From an uncultured Eubacteriales bacterium (GTDB lineage: Bacteria > Bacillota > Clostridia > Christensenellales > CAG-138): a DNA stretch of 64,000 nucleotides. This document shows positions 8,722 to 17,491 of the stretch, piece after piece. The stretch spans positions 10,327-74,326 of the forward strand of contig CADAPG010000002.1 of the NCBI GenBank assembly GCA_902789675.1, written 5' to 3'. How positions within the stretch are numbered: position 1 is the stretch's first letter; each line of letters begins with the position of its first letter. The notes under the pieces are model-generated. The model made no database searches and was not told the origin of the DNA. It saw only the letters and a list, made by a program, of their open reading frames with translations. Position numbers and translations under genes: made by a program.

Positions 8722-9422
8722 AGCGCCTCTTTTGATAATCCGAGCAGCGGAAGCAGCTCCCAAAGGTTTTTGATCACGTGGTCGATCCGGTATCCTTCCG
8801 GCACGGGGTTTCCTGTTCGATTGTACCAGCAGGTTACGATCCCAGCGTTCATGCCGCCCTGCATGTCGCTGGTCAGCGAATCGCCGACGATCATCACTTC
8901 GCTGCGGTCGACCGGTCCGATCGCGTCGAAAACCTTCTCGAAAAACGCCGGGCTAGGCTTTTCCGCGCCGAGCGCTTCCGACAGAAACACGCCGTCCATG
9001 CGTCTGCCGATGCCGGACCGGTCGAGCTTTTTTGTCTGCGCAATGACCGTGCCGTTTGAAACAACGCACTGTCGGACCTTGCCTTTCAGAAAATCGAGAA
9101 GCGCAAGACAGTCGTCCCGGCACACGATCGTGTCCCCGAGGCAGAGCTGATACCGGTCGTTGAACGGCACGGAAACGGCGGGATCGATGCCGTACTCCGA
9201 AAAGAACTGCCGGAACCTGCCGATCAGCACCTCGGGCTTTGTGATCTCGCCGCGCTCAAGCCGCCCCCAAAAGATGTGGTTGATCGCGTCGTAGCGGTCG
9301 ACCATCGCGTCCGTGCACGGACCGAGTCCGAACTCCGAAAACAGCGTTTTAAGCGCTGCGCGCTGCGCTGCGCCGAAGTCCAGCAGCGTTTCGTCGACGT
9401 CCCAAAAAACCGTTTGAATCAC
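8718..9422 (-). CDS. HAD-superfamily hydrolase (YjjG-like nucleotidase type)
   Basis: HAD motifs are present: WDVDETLLDF, VSNG, GDSLTSDMQGG. Confidence 0.8.
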   Translation of the reverse strand: MIQTVFWDVDETLLDFGAAQRAALKTLFSEFGLGPCTDAMVDRYDAINHIFWGRLERGEITKPEVLIGRFRQFFSEYGIDPAVSVPFNDRYQLCLGDTIVCRDDCLALLDFLKGKVRQCVVSNGTVIAQTKKLDRSGIGRRMDGVFLSEALGAEKPSPAFFEKVFDAIGPVDRSEVMIVGDSLTSDMQGGMNAGIVTCWYNRTGNPVPEGYRIDHVIKNLWELLPLLGLSKEAL

Positions 9423-9515
9423 CGATCGTGTCCTCGCTTGTTTGTTTTCTCTATCGTATCACAGATCGGATCGATTGTCACGAAAAAGTATATTGTCAAA
9501 AGGCGAGTAAAACAC

Positions 9516-9544
9516 TTGACTTTTGGAAAGGATGCATTTATGAT
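9516..9544 (+). promoter_or_regulatory. sigma-70-type promoter of the Rrf2-nifS-nifU operon
   Basis: TTGACT (9516-9521), 17-nt spacer, TATGAT (9539-9544). Confidence 0.6.
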
Positions 9545-9574
9545 AAAAGCCGAGTGAAACGGTAGGGTTTAACG

Positions 9575-10021
9575 ATGAAGTTTTCGACAAAAGGCACATA
9601 CGGATTGCGAGCGGTCGTCGAGCTTGCGGCGCGTTACGGGGACGGTCCCGTGTCGCTTGCGGCTGTGGCGATGGAGCAGGGCATTTCCGAGGCGTATCTC
9701 GAGCAGCTCATGCGTTCGCTGAAAAAGGCGGGAATCGTGAAGACGGCGCGCGGCAAAAGCGGCGGGTATCTGCTCACGCGCGAACCGGTTCGGATCAGCG
9801 TTCTGGAGGTGCTGCGCGCGCTCGAGGGCAGCACGGACGTCGTCGACTGCGTGGGCAGCGGCGCGAACGTCTGTGAAAACGCCTGCACCTGCTCGGCGCG
9901 TCCGCTCTTTTTAAAGCTGCAGAGCCGTATCAACGCCGTTCTGGAGGAAACCACCATCGGAGAACTGACCGAGGATCATATCGAACAGAAAAAGAGGATC
10001 GAACATGCACGTTTATCTTGA
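9575..10021 (+). CDS. Rrf2 family transcriptional regulator (IscR/CymR-like)
   Basis: 148 aa with an N-terminal winged HTH and the Cys cluster VDCVGSGANVCENACTCS. It lies directly upstream of nifS and overlaps it. Confidence 0.9.
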   Translation: MKFSTKGTYGLRAVVELAARYGDGPVSLAAVAMEQGISEAYLEQLMRSLKKAGIVKTARGKSGGYLLTREPVRISVLEVLRALEGSTDVVDCVGSGANVCENACTCSARPLFLKLQSRINAVLEETTIGELTEDHIEQKKRIEHARLS

Positions 10022-11180
10022 CAATGCGGCAACCACAAAGGTGCTGCCCGAGGTCATCGAAGCGATGATCCCGTACTATACCGAGTTTTACGGAAACCCG
10101 TCGAGCTTCCACAGCTTCGCGCGTGACGCGCACAAGGGACTGGACGATGCGCGGCGCACCGTTGCAAAGTGCCTGAACGCGGCGAATCCGAGTGAGATCT
10201 ATTTCACCGGCGGCGGCAGCGAGGGCGACAACATGATTCTGCGCGGCGTGGCGCAGGCATATCGCAAGAAGGGCAATCACATCATCACCTCGAAGATCGA
10301 GCACCACGCGATCCTGCACACATTGCAGGAATTGGAGGACAAGGGACTTGCGACCGTTACGTATCTGGACGTCGACGAAAACGGCCTCGTCGATCCCGAA
10401 GCGGTGCGCGCGGCGATCCGTCCCGACACGATCCTCGTGTCCGTCATGACGGCGAACAATGAGGTCGGCACCATTGAACCGATCAAGGAGATCGGCGCGG
10501 TCTGCCGTGAGGCAGGCGTGCTGTTCCACACCGACGCGGTGCAGGCGATCGGGCATATCCCGATGGATGTGCAGGACATGAACATCGACCTTCTGACGCT
10601 CACGGCGCACAAGTTCCACGGTCCGAAGGGCGTCGGTGCGGTCTACATCCGAAAGGGCGTCCGCGTTCCGGCGATGATCACCGGCGGCGGACAGGAGAAC
10701 AAGAAGCGCGCGGGCACGGAGAACGTTCCGGGCATCGTGGGTCTTGCGAAGGCGCTGGAGATCCAGACCGGAAACCTTGACGCGAACATGAAGAAGATGA
10801 CGGCGCTCCGCGACAGGCTGATCGCGGGCGTGGAGGAGAGGATTCCGACCGTGCATCTGAACGGTCACCGCACGCAGCGGCTTCCGAACAACGTCAATTT
10901 CGGCATCCGCTACATCGAAAGCGAAAGCATCCTGCTGATGCTCGATCTCCAGGGCGTTGCGGCGTCGTCCGGCTCGGCATGCACGTCCGGCTCGCTCGAT
11001 CCCTCGCATGTGCTGCTCGCGATGGGCATTACGCACGAGGAGGCGAACGGTTCGCTTCGCATGACGCTTTCGGAATTCACGACCGAAGAAGAGATCGACT
11101 ATGTGTTGGAGATCCTGCCGCCGATCGTACAGCGGCTCAGAGATATGTCACCGATTTATCCCAAAGGAGGAGTAGAATAA
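10005..11180 (+). CDS. nifS: cysteine desulfurase NifS
   Basis: 391 aa with the PLP-lysine context TLTAHKFHGPKG and the active-site Cys in SSGSACTSG. Confidence 0.95.
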   Translation: MHVYLDNAATTKVLPEVIEAMIPYYTEFYGNPSSFHSFARDAHKGLDDARRTVAKCLNAANPSEIYFTGGGSEGDNMILRGVAQAYRKKGNHIITSKIEHHAILHTLQELEDKGLATVTYLDVDENGLVDPEAVRAAIRPDTILVSVMTANNEVGTIEPIKEIGAVCREAGVLFHTDAVQAIGHIPMDVQDMNIDLLTLTAHKFHGPKGVGAVYIRKGVRVPAMITGGGQENKKRAGTENVPGIVGLAKALEIQTGNLDANMKKMTALRDRLIAGVEERIPTVHLNGHRTQRLPNNVNFGIRYIESESILLMLDLQGVAASSGSACTSGSLDPSHVLLAMGITHEEANGSLRMTLSEFTTEEEIDYVLEILPPIVQRLRDMSPIYPKGGVE

Positions 11181-11587
11181 TGCAGTATTCGGAAAAGGTT
11201 TTGGATCATTTTCAGCATCCGAGAAACGTCGGCGAGATCCCGGACGCTTCGGGCGTCGGCACCGTCGGCAACGCAAAGTGCGGCGACATCATGCAGATGT
11301 TTTTGAAAATCAATGACGACGAGATCGTCGAGGACGTGAAGTTCAAGACCTTCGGCTGCGGCGCGGCGATCGCGACCAGCTCGATGGCGACAGAGCTCAT
11401 CAAGGGCAAGCCGCTTGCGGAGGTCGAACAGCTGACCAACGAAGCGGTCGTGGAAGCGCTGGAAGGACTTCCGCCCGTGAAGATCCATTGCTCGGTGCTT
11501 GCGCAGGAAGCGGTGCAGGCGGCGATTGCGGATTATCGCGCAAAAAAAGAAAACAAGCAAAAAGAGGAAGCGCCGAAGGCGGAATAA
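11180..11587 (+). CDS. nifU: Fe-S cluster assembly scaffold NifU/IscU
   Basis: The start MQYSEKVLDHF overlaps the nifS stop (TAATG). Three conserved Cys are present (GNAKCGD, FGCGAA, HCS). The longer ORF in the track is an upstream artefact. Confidence 0.9.
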   Translation: MQYSEKVLDHFQHPRNVGEIPDASGVGTVGNAKCGDIMQMFLKINDDEIVEDVKFKTFGCGAAIATSSMATELIKGKPLAEVEQLTNEAVVEALEGLPPVKIHCSVLAQEAVQAAIADYRAKKENKQKEEAPKAE

Positions 11588-11634
11588 TTGCTGCTTGATT
11601 TCGCATACTAACCTCAAAAAAGAGAGGTGATCGC

Positions 11635-11784
11635 ATGCGAATGGCAATGCTCGGAATCGGCATGGCGGTCGGCGCGGCTGCCGCAGCGACCGCGATGTGT
11701 ACGCTGTATCCGGATATCCCGCGCCGCATGAAGCGGGACGGAAAAAAGGTCATCCAGAAGACGCAGCGGATGATACATCTGTAA
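11635..11784 (+). CDS. 49-aa small membrane protein (hypothetical)
   Basis: GAGAGGTGA RBS 5 nt before ATG 11635. MRMAMLGIGMAVGAAAAATAMC is hydrophobic and is followed by a basic tail. A terminator follows the gene. It is below the size cutoff of the ORF track. Confidence 0.5.
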   Translation: MRMAMLGIGMAVGAAAAATAMCTLYPDIPRRMKRDGKKVIQKTQRMIHL

Positions 11785-11789
11785 AAAAG

Positions 11790-11824
11790 AATTACGGCTG
11801 TCGGAATGTCCGGCAGCCGTAATT
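11790..11824. terminator. bidirectional intrinsic terminator
   Basis: 15-bp stem AATTACGGCTGTCGG / CCGGCAGCCGTAATT with a 5-nt loop, flanked by an A-run and a T-run, between convergent genes. Confidence 0.8.
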
Positions 11825-11838
11825 GTTTGATGCGTTTT

Positions 11839-12735
11839 TTATTTCTTGGGTTCCTCTTTGGGCTCGTCGTCAAAGGTGAACGCGTCCGTAGGCATGGCGG
11901 GGCGAACCTGCTGCTGTCTTGCCTTCTGCAGTTTTTCCTTGTCGGTGAACTTGCGCGTGACGAGGAATACGCCGATCACGCCGACGACGGCAAGACCGAG
12001 GAAGATGTAGTTCAGTACCGTCAGCAGCTTTGCCGACAGAGCGCCGTACAGCTTGGAGATGAACGACCCGCTGTTCGAGTCGGAACGCTCGCTGCCGATG
12101 GAAGAGACATAGACGTTGTGACCTTCTGCCTTTTCTGCGTCGGTCTTGGCGTAGACGGGAACGTCTTCGCCGCCGACGATCTTGATCAGGTCGGTCTGCT
12201 CATAGTACTTCGAGTAATCGACGGTGCTGCCGCCGCAGCTCATCAGACCGCCGCTGACGCGCGGGAACTTCTCCGTGTCGGTTCCGTAGACGGTATACGC
12301 CTTGTTGATGAACGCGGAGATCTCCTCCATGCCCATCTTTTCATTGTCGACGGAATACGGTCCGTACGTCTTTTCGACCTGCTGTCCGGCGCTGCCGTAG
12401 CAGCTCGAGCCGCTCCCCGTGGTTATCTCTGTCGTATACGTCAGCTGACCGTCTTCGATCAGATCGGGGAACGTGTCGCGATACGCATCGGTTACGCGAT
12501 AGTATGAGATCTTATTGCTGTACAGAACGGTCTGCGCGCCGTTGACGAGCGCCATCACCAGCATGATCCCGGCAAGCACAAAGTACAGGATGCGCAGGAG
12601 CTTCTTTGCCTGATCCTTGGATTCGTCCTTGAAGTTCTCCATCGTGAAGAGTCTGCCGCTGCCCTTGATCGCGCCGTACAGTACGTAAACGCCCATTGCG
12701 AGCAGAAGGATCGGAAACAGTAAACCTAAACCCAT
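11839..12735 (-). CDS. hypothetical 3-TM membrane protein
   Basis: 298 aa with two N-terminal TM helices, one C-terminal TM helix and a Ser/Gly/Tyr-rich external segment. It lies downstream of cysS in the same orientation (39-nt gap, AGGAGA RBS). Confidence 0.65.
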   Translation of the reverse strand: MGLGLLFPILLLAMGVYVLYGAIKGSGRLFTMENFKDESKDQAKKLLRILYFVLAGIMLVMALVNGAQTVLYSNKISYYRVTDAYRDTFPDLIEDGQLTYTTEITTGSGSSCYGSAGQQVEKTYGPYSVDNEKMGMEEISAFINKAYTVYGTDTEKFPRVSGGLMSCGGSTVDYSKYYEQTDLIKIVGGEDVPVYAKTDAEKAEGHNVYVSSIGSERSDSNSGSFISKLYGALSAKLLTVLNYIFLGLAVVGVIGVFLVTRKFTDKEKLQKARQQQVRPAMPTDAFTFDDEPKEEPKK

Positions 12736-12774
12736 AAGTGTTCTCCTTTGAATGATTGATCGGTTGTATGTGCA

Positions 12775-14160
12775 TCAAAGCCGCTTGAGCTTTGCGCCGT
12801 CCTTGGTGTCTTCCACGGCAAATCCCATGGCTTTGAGCTCCTCGCGGATCGCGTCGGCTTTTGCCCAGTCCTTTGCCTTTTTCGCTTCCTTACGCGCCTC
12901 TAAAAGCGCCGTTGCTTCGGCGGGGAAGTCTTCCTTCTTTTCCTTGACGACCAGTCCTAAAACGCCGTTCAGCTCGGCATAACGCGCCTTGACCGCCTCG
13001 ATCGCGGCTTTCGTGTGCGCGCCGGTCGCAAAGATGTTGATCCAGCGGGCAAAGTCGAACAGCACGCCCAGAGCGTCCGCCGTATTGAGGTCGTCGTCCA
13101 TCGCCTCGTTGAACCGGTCGCGGAAGCCGTCGAGCTCGGCAGCGACGCCGGAATCGTCGGCGCTCTCGTCGATCGCCGTGTCGAAGAGCCGGCCGCGCGC
13201 GGTGTAGAGACGGTTCAGGCTCGTCACGGTCTGATCCATCAGCTCGCGCGAGAAGTTGACCGGGTTGCGGTAGTTTGCGGTGAGCAGGAACATGCGGACC
13301 GCCTCGAGATCGTATTCCTTCGCAATGTCGCGCACGGTGAAGAAATTGCCGAGGGACTTGCTCATCTTCTGATTGTTGATATTGATGTAGCCGTTGTGCA
13401 TCCAGTAGTGGACGAACGGCTTGCCCGTTGCGCCTTCGCTCTGCGCGATCTCGTTCTCATGGTGCGGAAAGATGAGGTCCATGCCGCCGCCGTGAATGTC
13501 GAACGTTTCGCCGAGATACTTCATGCTCATCGCGGAGCACTCCACGTGCCAGCCGGGACGACCCTTGCCCCACGGGGAAGGCCAGCTCGGCTCGCCGGGC
13601 TTTTCGCCCTTCCAGAGCGCAAAGTCCAAGGGATCGCGCTTCTGTTCGGTGGGGGAGATGCGCGCGCCGTTTTCCATGTCGTCGATGTCCTGTCCCTTCA
13701 GCTTGCCGTAACCGGGCCAGCTGCGCACGGCAAAGTACACGTCGCCGTTCTCGGTGGCGTAGGCATGCCCTTTTTCGATCAGCTTCTTCACGAGCTTGAT
13801 GATGTCGCCGATGTGCTCGGTCGCGCGCGGGTTGACCGTTGCGCGCTCAATGCCCAGCGCGTCCGCGTCCTGATAATACTCCTTGATGAAGCGGTCGCCG
13901 AGTTCCTTGACGGTCGTGCCCTCTTTGTTCGCGCGGTTGATCATCTTGTCGTCGATGTCGGTGAAGTTCTGGACGTATTTGACCTTGTAGCCGCGGTACT
14001 CCAGATACCGGCGCATCGTGTCGAACACCACAAACGGACGCGCGTTGCCGATGTGGAAATAGTCGTAAACGGTCGGACCGCAAACATACATGGAGATCTC
14101 GCCCTCTTTGATGGGAACGAGCGGCTCCTTTTTGCGGGTCATGGTATTGTAAACCTGCAT
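12775..14160 (-). CDS. cysS: cysteine--tRNA ligase
   Basis: 461 aa with HIGH-type FHIGNARP and KMSKS motifs. Confidence 0.95.
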   Translation of the reverse strand: MQVYNTMTRKKEPLVPIKEGEISMYVCGPTVYDYFHIGNARPFVVFDTMRRYLEYRGYKVKYVQNFTDIDDKMINRANKEGTTVKELGDRFIKEYYQDADALGIERATVNPRATEHIGDIIKLVKKLIEKGHAYATENGDVYFAVRSWPGYGKLKGQDIDDMENGARISPTEQKRDPLDFALWKGEKPGEPSWPSPWGKGRPGWHVECSAMSMKYLGETFDIHGGGMDLIFPHHENEIAQSEGATGKPFVHYWMHNGYININNQKMSKSLGNFFTVRDIAKEYDLEAVRMFLLTANYRNPVNFSRELMDQTVTSLNRLYTARGRLFDTAIDESADDSGVAAELDGFRDRFNEAMDDDLNTADALGVLFDFARWINIFATGAHTKAAIEAVKARYAELNGVLGLVVKEKKEDFPAEATALLEARKEAKKAKDWAKADAIREELKAMGFAVEDTKDGAKLKRL

Positions 14161-14224
14161 AGTGTCCTCCTCGGATCGTTATGCCGCAGGCGGAAAACAC
14201 GTTCCGGAAGCGGTATTTTAATCT

Positions 14225-14253
14225 ATAATAAGGAAATTCGATAGTTTTGTCAA
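14225..14253 (-). promoter_or_regulatory. sigma-70-type promoter of cysS
   Basis: On the minus strand: TTGACA (14253-14248), 17-nt spacer, TATTAT (14230-14225). The leader is short and has no T-box. Confidence 0.6.
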
Positions 14254-14260
14254 TAAGGAT

Positions 14261-14289
14261 TTGACGAAACGACTTTTTTGTACTATAAT
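14261..14289 (+). promoter_or_regulatory. sigma-70-type promoter of the cohesin-domain gene
   Basis: TTGACG (14261-14266), 17-nt spacer, TATAAT (14284-14289). Confidence 0.6.
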
Positions 14290-14383
14290 TACAAAGCGGG
14301 TTCATACGACGCCGTTTATTCGGCGTTCCCGTATGATCACAGTAAAACAGACAATCGTAAACCATCATGCAGGAGGAACATAT

Positions 14384-15532
14384 ATGAAACGCTTTTTGGC
14401 AGCAGTGATCGTACTCGCGATGATATTCGCGTTTCCGATCGTTTCGGATTCGACGGCGGATACGACGGCAAAGCTCGGCGAGCTTCTGATCACGTCGCAG
14501 AAGGTGAGCGGAAAAGTCGGCGAAGTCGTCAGAGTGGATTTTTATCTGTATGCAAATCTGCCCGAAGGCAAAAAGCTCGATGCGCTCGAAGCCATCATGA
14601 AATATGATCCGAATATCATCAAGTTCGGGGCGATCAATCAGGAGGACACGGAAAACAACCTGAAGTCCTTCATGAAAGGCAAGGCGTCCATGTTTACGCC
14701 CAACACGAAGGAAGACGGCATCATCAAGCTGGCATATATCGACGGATACGGCGTAGAGGCAAACGGCTTCTGGTTCCAGGTGGAATTCCGCATCGAAAGT
14801 GAAGGCGCAACGGATTTCGTCTTCAACGGGATCAAGTATACCGGCATCGACGATACCTATAAAGCCGATTCGTTCTATATCGAGCCTGTCTCCGTCGGCG
14901 GCGTCTATACGGAAGGGGCGGAGGAGCCCTCGAACGGTCCGGTTGAGGAAACGTTCGCGCCGCTGACGCCCGCGGTCAATACGCCCATCCCGGAGAAGAC
15001 AACGCCGAAGCCCAGTCATCAGGCTCAGCCGGTTCCGGTCACTTCTTCGCTTCCGACGTATGAAGCGAAGCCCACGCCGAACGGCGTTGTCACGCCGCAG
15101 CCGGCGGTGACCTCCATGCCGATGACGACGAATGCAGGCGGCGATACGACGCCGCAGGGGAGCGATCCTGCCGCGCAGGCTGCGGAAACGACGCCGGAAG
15201 GCAATCCGGATCCGATCGCGGAGCTCACGACCGAAGCACCGACGGAAGCGCCGCTCGTCGTGGAAGAGCAAACGTCCGCGCCGACGCAGCAGCCGAACGA
15301 AGGCGCAGCGTCCCCCGACGCGTCTGCCGACGGCAGCAAGACAAATGAAGCGGTCGAAGAAGAACCGATGAACCTTCCGCTGGTCATCGGCGTCCTCGTC
15401 GGCATTGCCGCGGTCGTCGGACTCGGCATCTTCGCCATCGTGATGATCCTCAAGCGCCGCAACATGAGCGATGCCGACGACGATGAGGAAGAGGAAGAGC
15501 CTGAGCAGAAGCCGCGGAAGAAAAAACAGTAA
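14384..15532 (+). CDS. cohesin-domain protein with signal peptide, Pro/Thr-rich linker, C-terminal TM anchor and acidic tail
   Basis: AGGAGG RBS before ATG 14384 (MKRFLAAVIVLAMIFAF). A cohesin-like segment is present (KVSGKVGEVVRVDFYLYANLP...LEAIMKYDPNIIKF). A PT-rich region is followed by the helix LPLVIGVLVGIAAVVGLGIFAIVMIL and then DADDDEEEEE. Confidence 0.7.
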   Translation: MKRFLAAVIVLAMIFAFPIVSDSTADTTAKLGELLITSQKVSGKVGEVVRVDFYLYANLPEGKKLDALEAIMKYDPNIIKFGAINQEDTENNLKSFMKGKASMFTPNTKEDGIIKLAYIDGYGVEANGFWFQVEFRIESEGATDFVFNGIKYTGIDDTYKADSFYIEPVSVGGVYTEGAEEPSNGPVEETFAPLTPAVNTPIPEKTTPKPSHQAQPVPVTSSLPTYEAKPTPNGVVTPQPAVTSMPMTTNAGGDTTPQGSDPAAQAAETTPEGNPDPIAELTTEAPTEAPLVVEEQTSAPTQQPNEGAASPDASADGSKTNEAVEEEPMNLPLVIGVLVGIAAVVGLGIFAIVMILKRRNMSDADDDEEEEEPEQKPRKKKQ

Positions 15533-15551
15533 CACCCGATTTCCGAACATC

Positions 15552-15585
15552 AAACGGCTGCCGCGCTGAAACGGCAGCCGTTTTT
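15552..15585 (+). terminator. intrinsic terminator
   Basis: 12-bp stem AAACGGCTGCCG / CGGCAGCCGTTT followed by T-run. Confidence 0.8.
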
Positions 15586-15617
15586 GCGCGCCGGGCGCAG
15601 AAGTTCATATTGCTTTC

Positions 15618-15646
15618 TTGCGTTTTTCGATGGAGTGTTGTATAAT
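15618..15646 (+). promoter_or_regulatory. sigma-70-type promoter of folT-folC
   Basis: TTGCGT (15618-15623), 17-nt spacer, TATAAT (15641-15646). Confidence 0.55.
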
Positions 15647-15674
15647 ACATGAGTTTGGAAAAGGAGGTGGGCAA

Positions 15675-16214
15675 ATGCGTCGGATCACAACGCGTCAGCT
15701 GACGTTCGCCGCGATGTTTGCGGCATTGGCGGCGATCCTGTCGATCAATCCGTTTACGTTCTATTTGCCGGACAGCAGCAGGATCACGTTCCGCGAGATC
15801 CCGATCTTTCTGTGTTCCTTTTCGCTCGGTCCGGTTTTCGGCGGGCTGTGCGCGTTCATCGCTGACCTTTGCGGAACGTTCATTTCGAATTCCGGAAACG
15901 CGTGGAATCCGCTGTTTGCGCTGAATGCGGTTCTCACCGGCGTACTCCCGGGCGTTCTGTTCCGGTACGTGTTCCGGAATCAGGGACGCACGCTTTCCAC
16001 GGCGCTTTCGATCATTCCGGTCAACATTGTCGTTTCGCTGTTTCTGGTAACGATCTGGCTGCACGTGCTGCACTTTGACGGCGGCGTGCCGCTGTGGGCG
16101 CACCTGCTGCTGCGGATGCCGCTCGTCGCATTGATGACGGCGGTGCAGATTCTTGCCGTCCGACTTTTGTATCCGGTTGTGATGAAGGGCATTCAGGGAG
16201 GAAATAGCTTATGA
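15675..16214 (+). CDS. folT: folate-family ECF transporter S component
   Basis: Start at MRRITTRQLTFAAMFAALAAILS with an AAGGAGG RBS. It is multi-TM and is coupled to folC by an ATGA overlap. Confidence 0.75.
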   Translation: MRRITTRQLTFAAMFAALAAILSINPFTFYLPDSSRITFREIPIFLCSFSLGPVFGGLCAFIADLCGTFISNSGNAWNPLFALNAVLTGVLPGVLFRYVFRNQGRTLSTALSIIPVNIVVSLFLVTIWLHVLHFDGGVPLWAHLLLRMPLVALMTAVQILAVRLLYPVVMKGIQGGNSL

Positions 16215-17491
16215 CGTACGAAGAAGCGATCGCCTATATCCACGGCATGTACTGGCGCGGCTCAAAGCTCGGGCTGGTTCGCGTGACCGAGCTCTGCGAA
16301 CTGCTTGGCAATCCGCAGAACAAACTGAAATTCATCCACGTTGCGGGTACGAACGGCAAGGGCTCCACCTGTGCCATGCTTTCCCGCATTCTCTGCGCGC
16401 AGGGGTATCGCACGGGGCTGTTCGTTTCGCCCTATGTCGACCGGTTCAACGAGCGCATCCAGTTCAACAACGATCCGATCGCGGACGACGAGCTTGCCGA
16501 AATCATCACGGACCTGAAGCCGGTCGTCGAATCCATGGAGAACGCGCCGACCGAATTCGAGGTCATCACCGCCGCCGCGTTCCTGTATTACGTCAGAAAA
16601 CAGTGCGATTACGTCGTGCTCGAGGTGGGCTTGGGCGGCGAGCTGGATTCCACCAACATCATCAAAACCCCGCTTCTTTCGATCATCACGGCGATCGATT
16701 ACGACCACATGCACATCCTCGGCAACACGATTCAGGAGATCGCGCACGCCAAAGCCGGCATCATCAAGGACAACGGCACCGTGCTGTTCTACGGGCAGCA
16801 TCCGGACGCGCTTCCGGTGATCGAAGCGGCATGCGAAAAGCATCATGCGGCGCTGCACGTCGTCGATCGCTCCACGCTCCAAGAAGGCGCGTACGACCTG
16901 CACGGACAGACGTTCGACTATCGGGGCTATCGTGATCTCAGACTCGGGCTTTTGGGCAAGTATCAGATGCGCAACGCCGCGACGGTCATCGACGCGGTAG
17001 AACTGCTGCGCGAACAGGGCGTGGAGATCTCGGACGAAGCGCTGCGCACCGGGCTTGAAAAAACCGTATGGCCCGCGCGCTTTGAACTGCTCCGTGAGGA
17101 TCCGCCGTTCTTCGTGGACGGCGGGCACAACCCGCACGGCGTGCGCGGCACGGTCGAGACGTATCAGCGGCTGTTTCCGGACCGCAAAGCAAAGATCATC
17201 ATGGGCATGATGCGAGACAAGGACGTTTCGCAGTCGATCGGGCTGCTGCTGCCGATCGCGCAGGAGTTCTATACGGTCACGCCGAACAACGACCGCGCCA
17301 TGCCCGCGGAGGAGCTTGCAGAGCTGATCCGCTCGTTCGGCGCAACGGCAACGTCGTTCTCCTCGGTCGCCGACGCGATCGAGACCGCGGCAAGGGGAGA
17401 GGAGCCGTCGCTGGCGGTCGGTTCCCTGTACATGGCGGGCGAGGTGCACGAGGCGTTCCGCGACCTGATCGAAAAGAGGAGAGATTCATGA
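16211..17491 (+). CDS. folC: bifunctional folylpolyglutamate synthase / dihydrofolate synthase
   Basis: 426 aa with the Mur-ligase P-loop VAGTNGKGST. Confidence 0.9.
   Translation: MTYEEAIAYIHGMYWRGSKLGLVRVTELCELLGNPQNKLKFIHVAGTNGKGSTCAMLSRILCAQGYRTGLFVSPYVDRFNERIQFNNDPIADDELAEIITDLKPVVESMENAPTEFEVITAAAFLYYVRKQCDYVVLEVGLGGELDSTNIIKTPLLSIITAIDYDHMHILGNTIQEIAHAKAGIIKDNGTVLFYGQHPDALPVIEAACEKHHAALHVVDRSTLQEGAYDLHGQTFDYRGYRDLRLGLLGKYQMRNAATVIDAVELLREQGVEISDEALRTGLEKTVWPARFELLREDPPFFVDGGHNPHGVRGTVETYQRLFPDRKAKIIMGMMRDKDVSQSIGLLLPIAQEFYTVTPNNDRAMPAEELAELIRSFGATATSFSSVADAIETAARGEEPSLAVGSLYMAGEVHEAFRDLIEKRRDS

Noticed and set aside
14161-14224. T-box leader upstream of cysS
   Set aside because: The leader is only about 60 nt and has no GGTGGTACCGCG-type T-box sequence and no terminator/antiterminator pair.
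13847-15553. 568-aa minus-strand ORF overlapping the cysS 5' end and the cohesin-domain gene
   Set aside because: It runs through a promoter-containing intergenic region. It is Arg-rich and low-complexity, and both real genes are on defined strands with RBS and promoters.
15586-15674. THF riboswitch upstream of folT
   Set aside because: The region holds only a promoter and a leader of about 25 nt, which is too short. No THF-like structure was seen.
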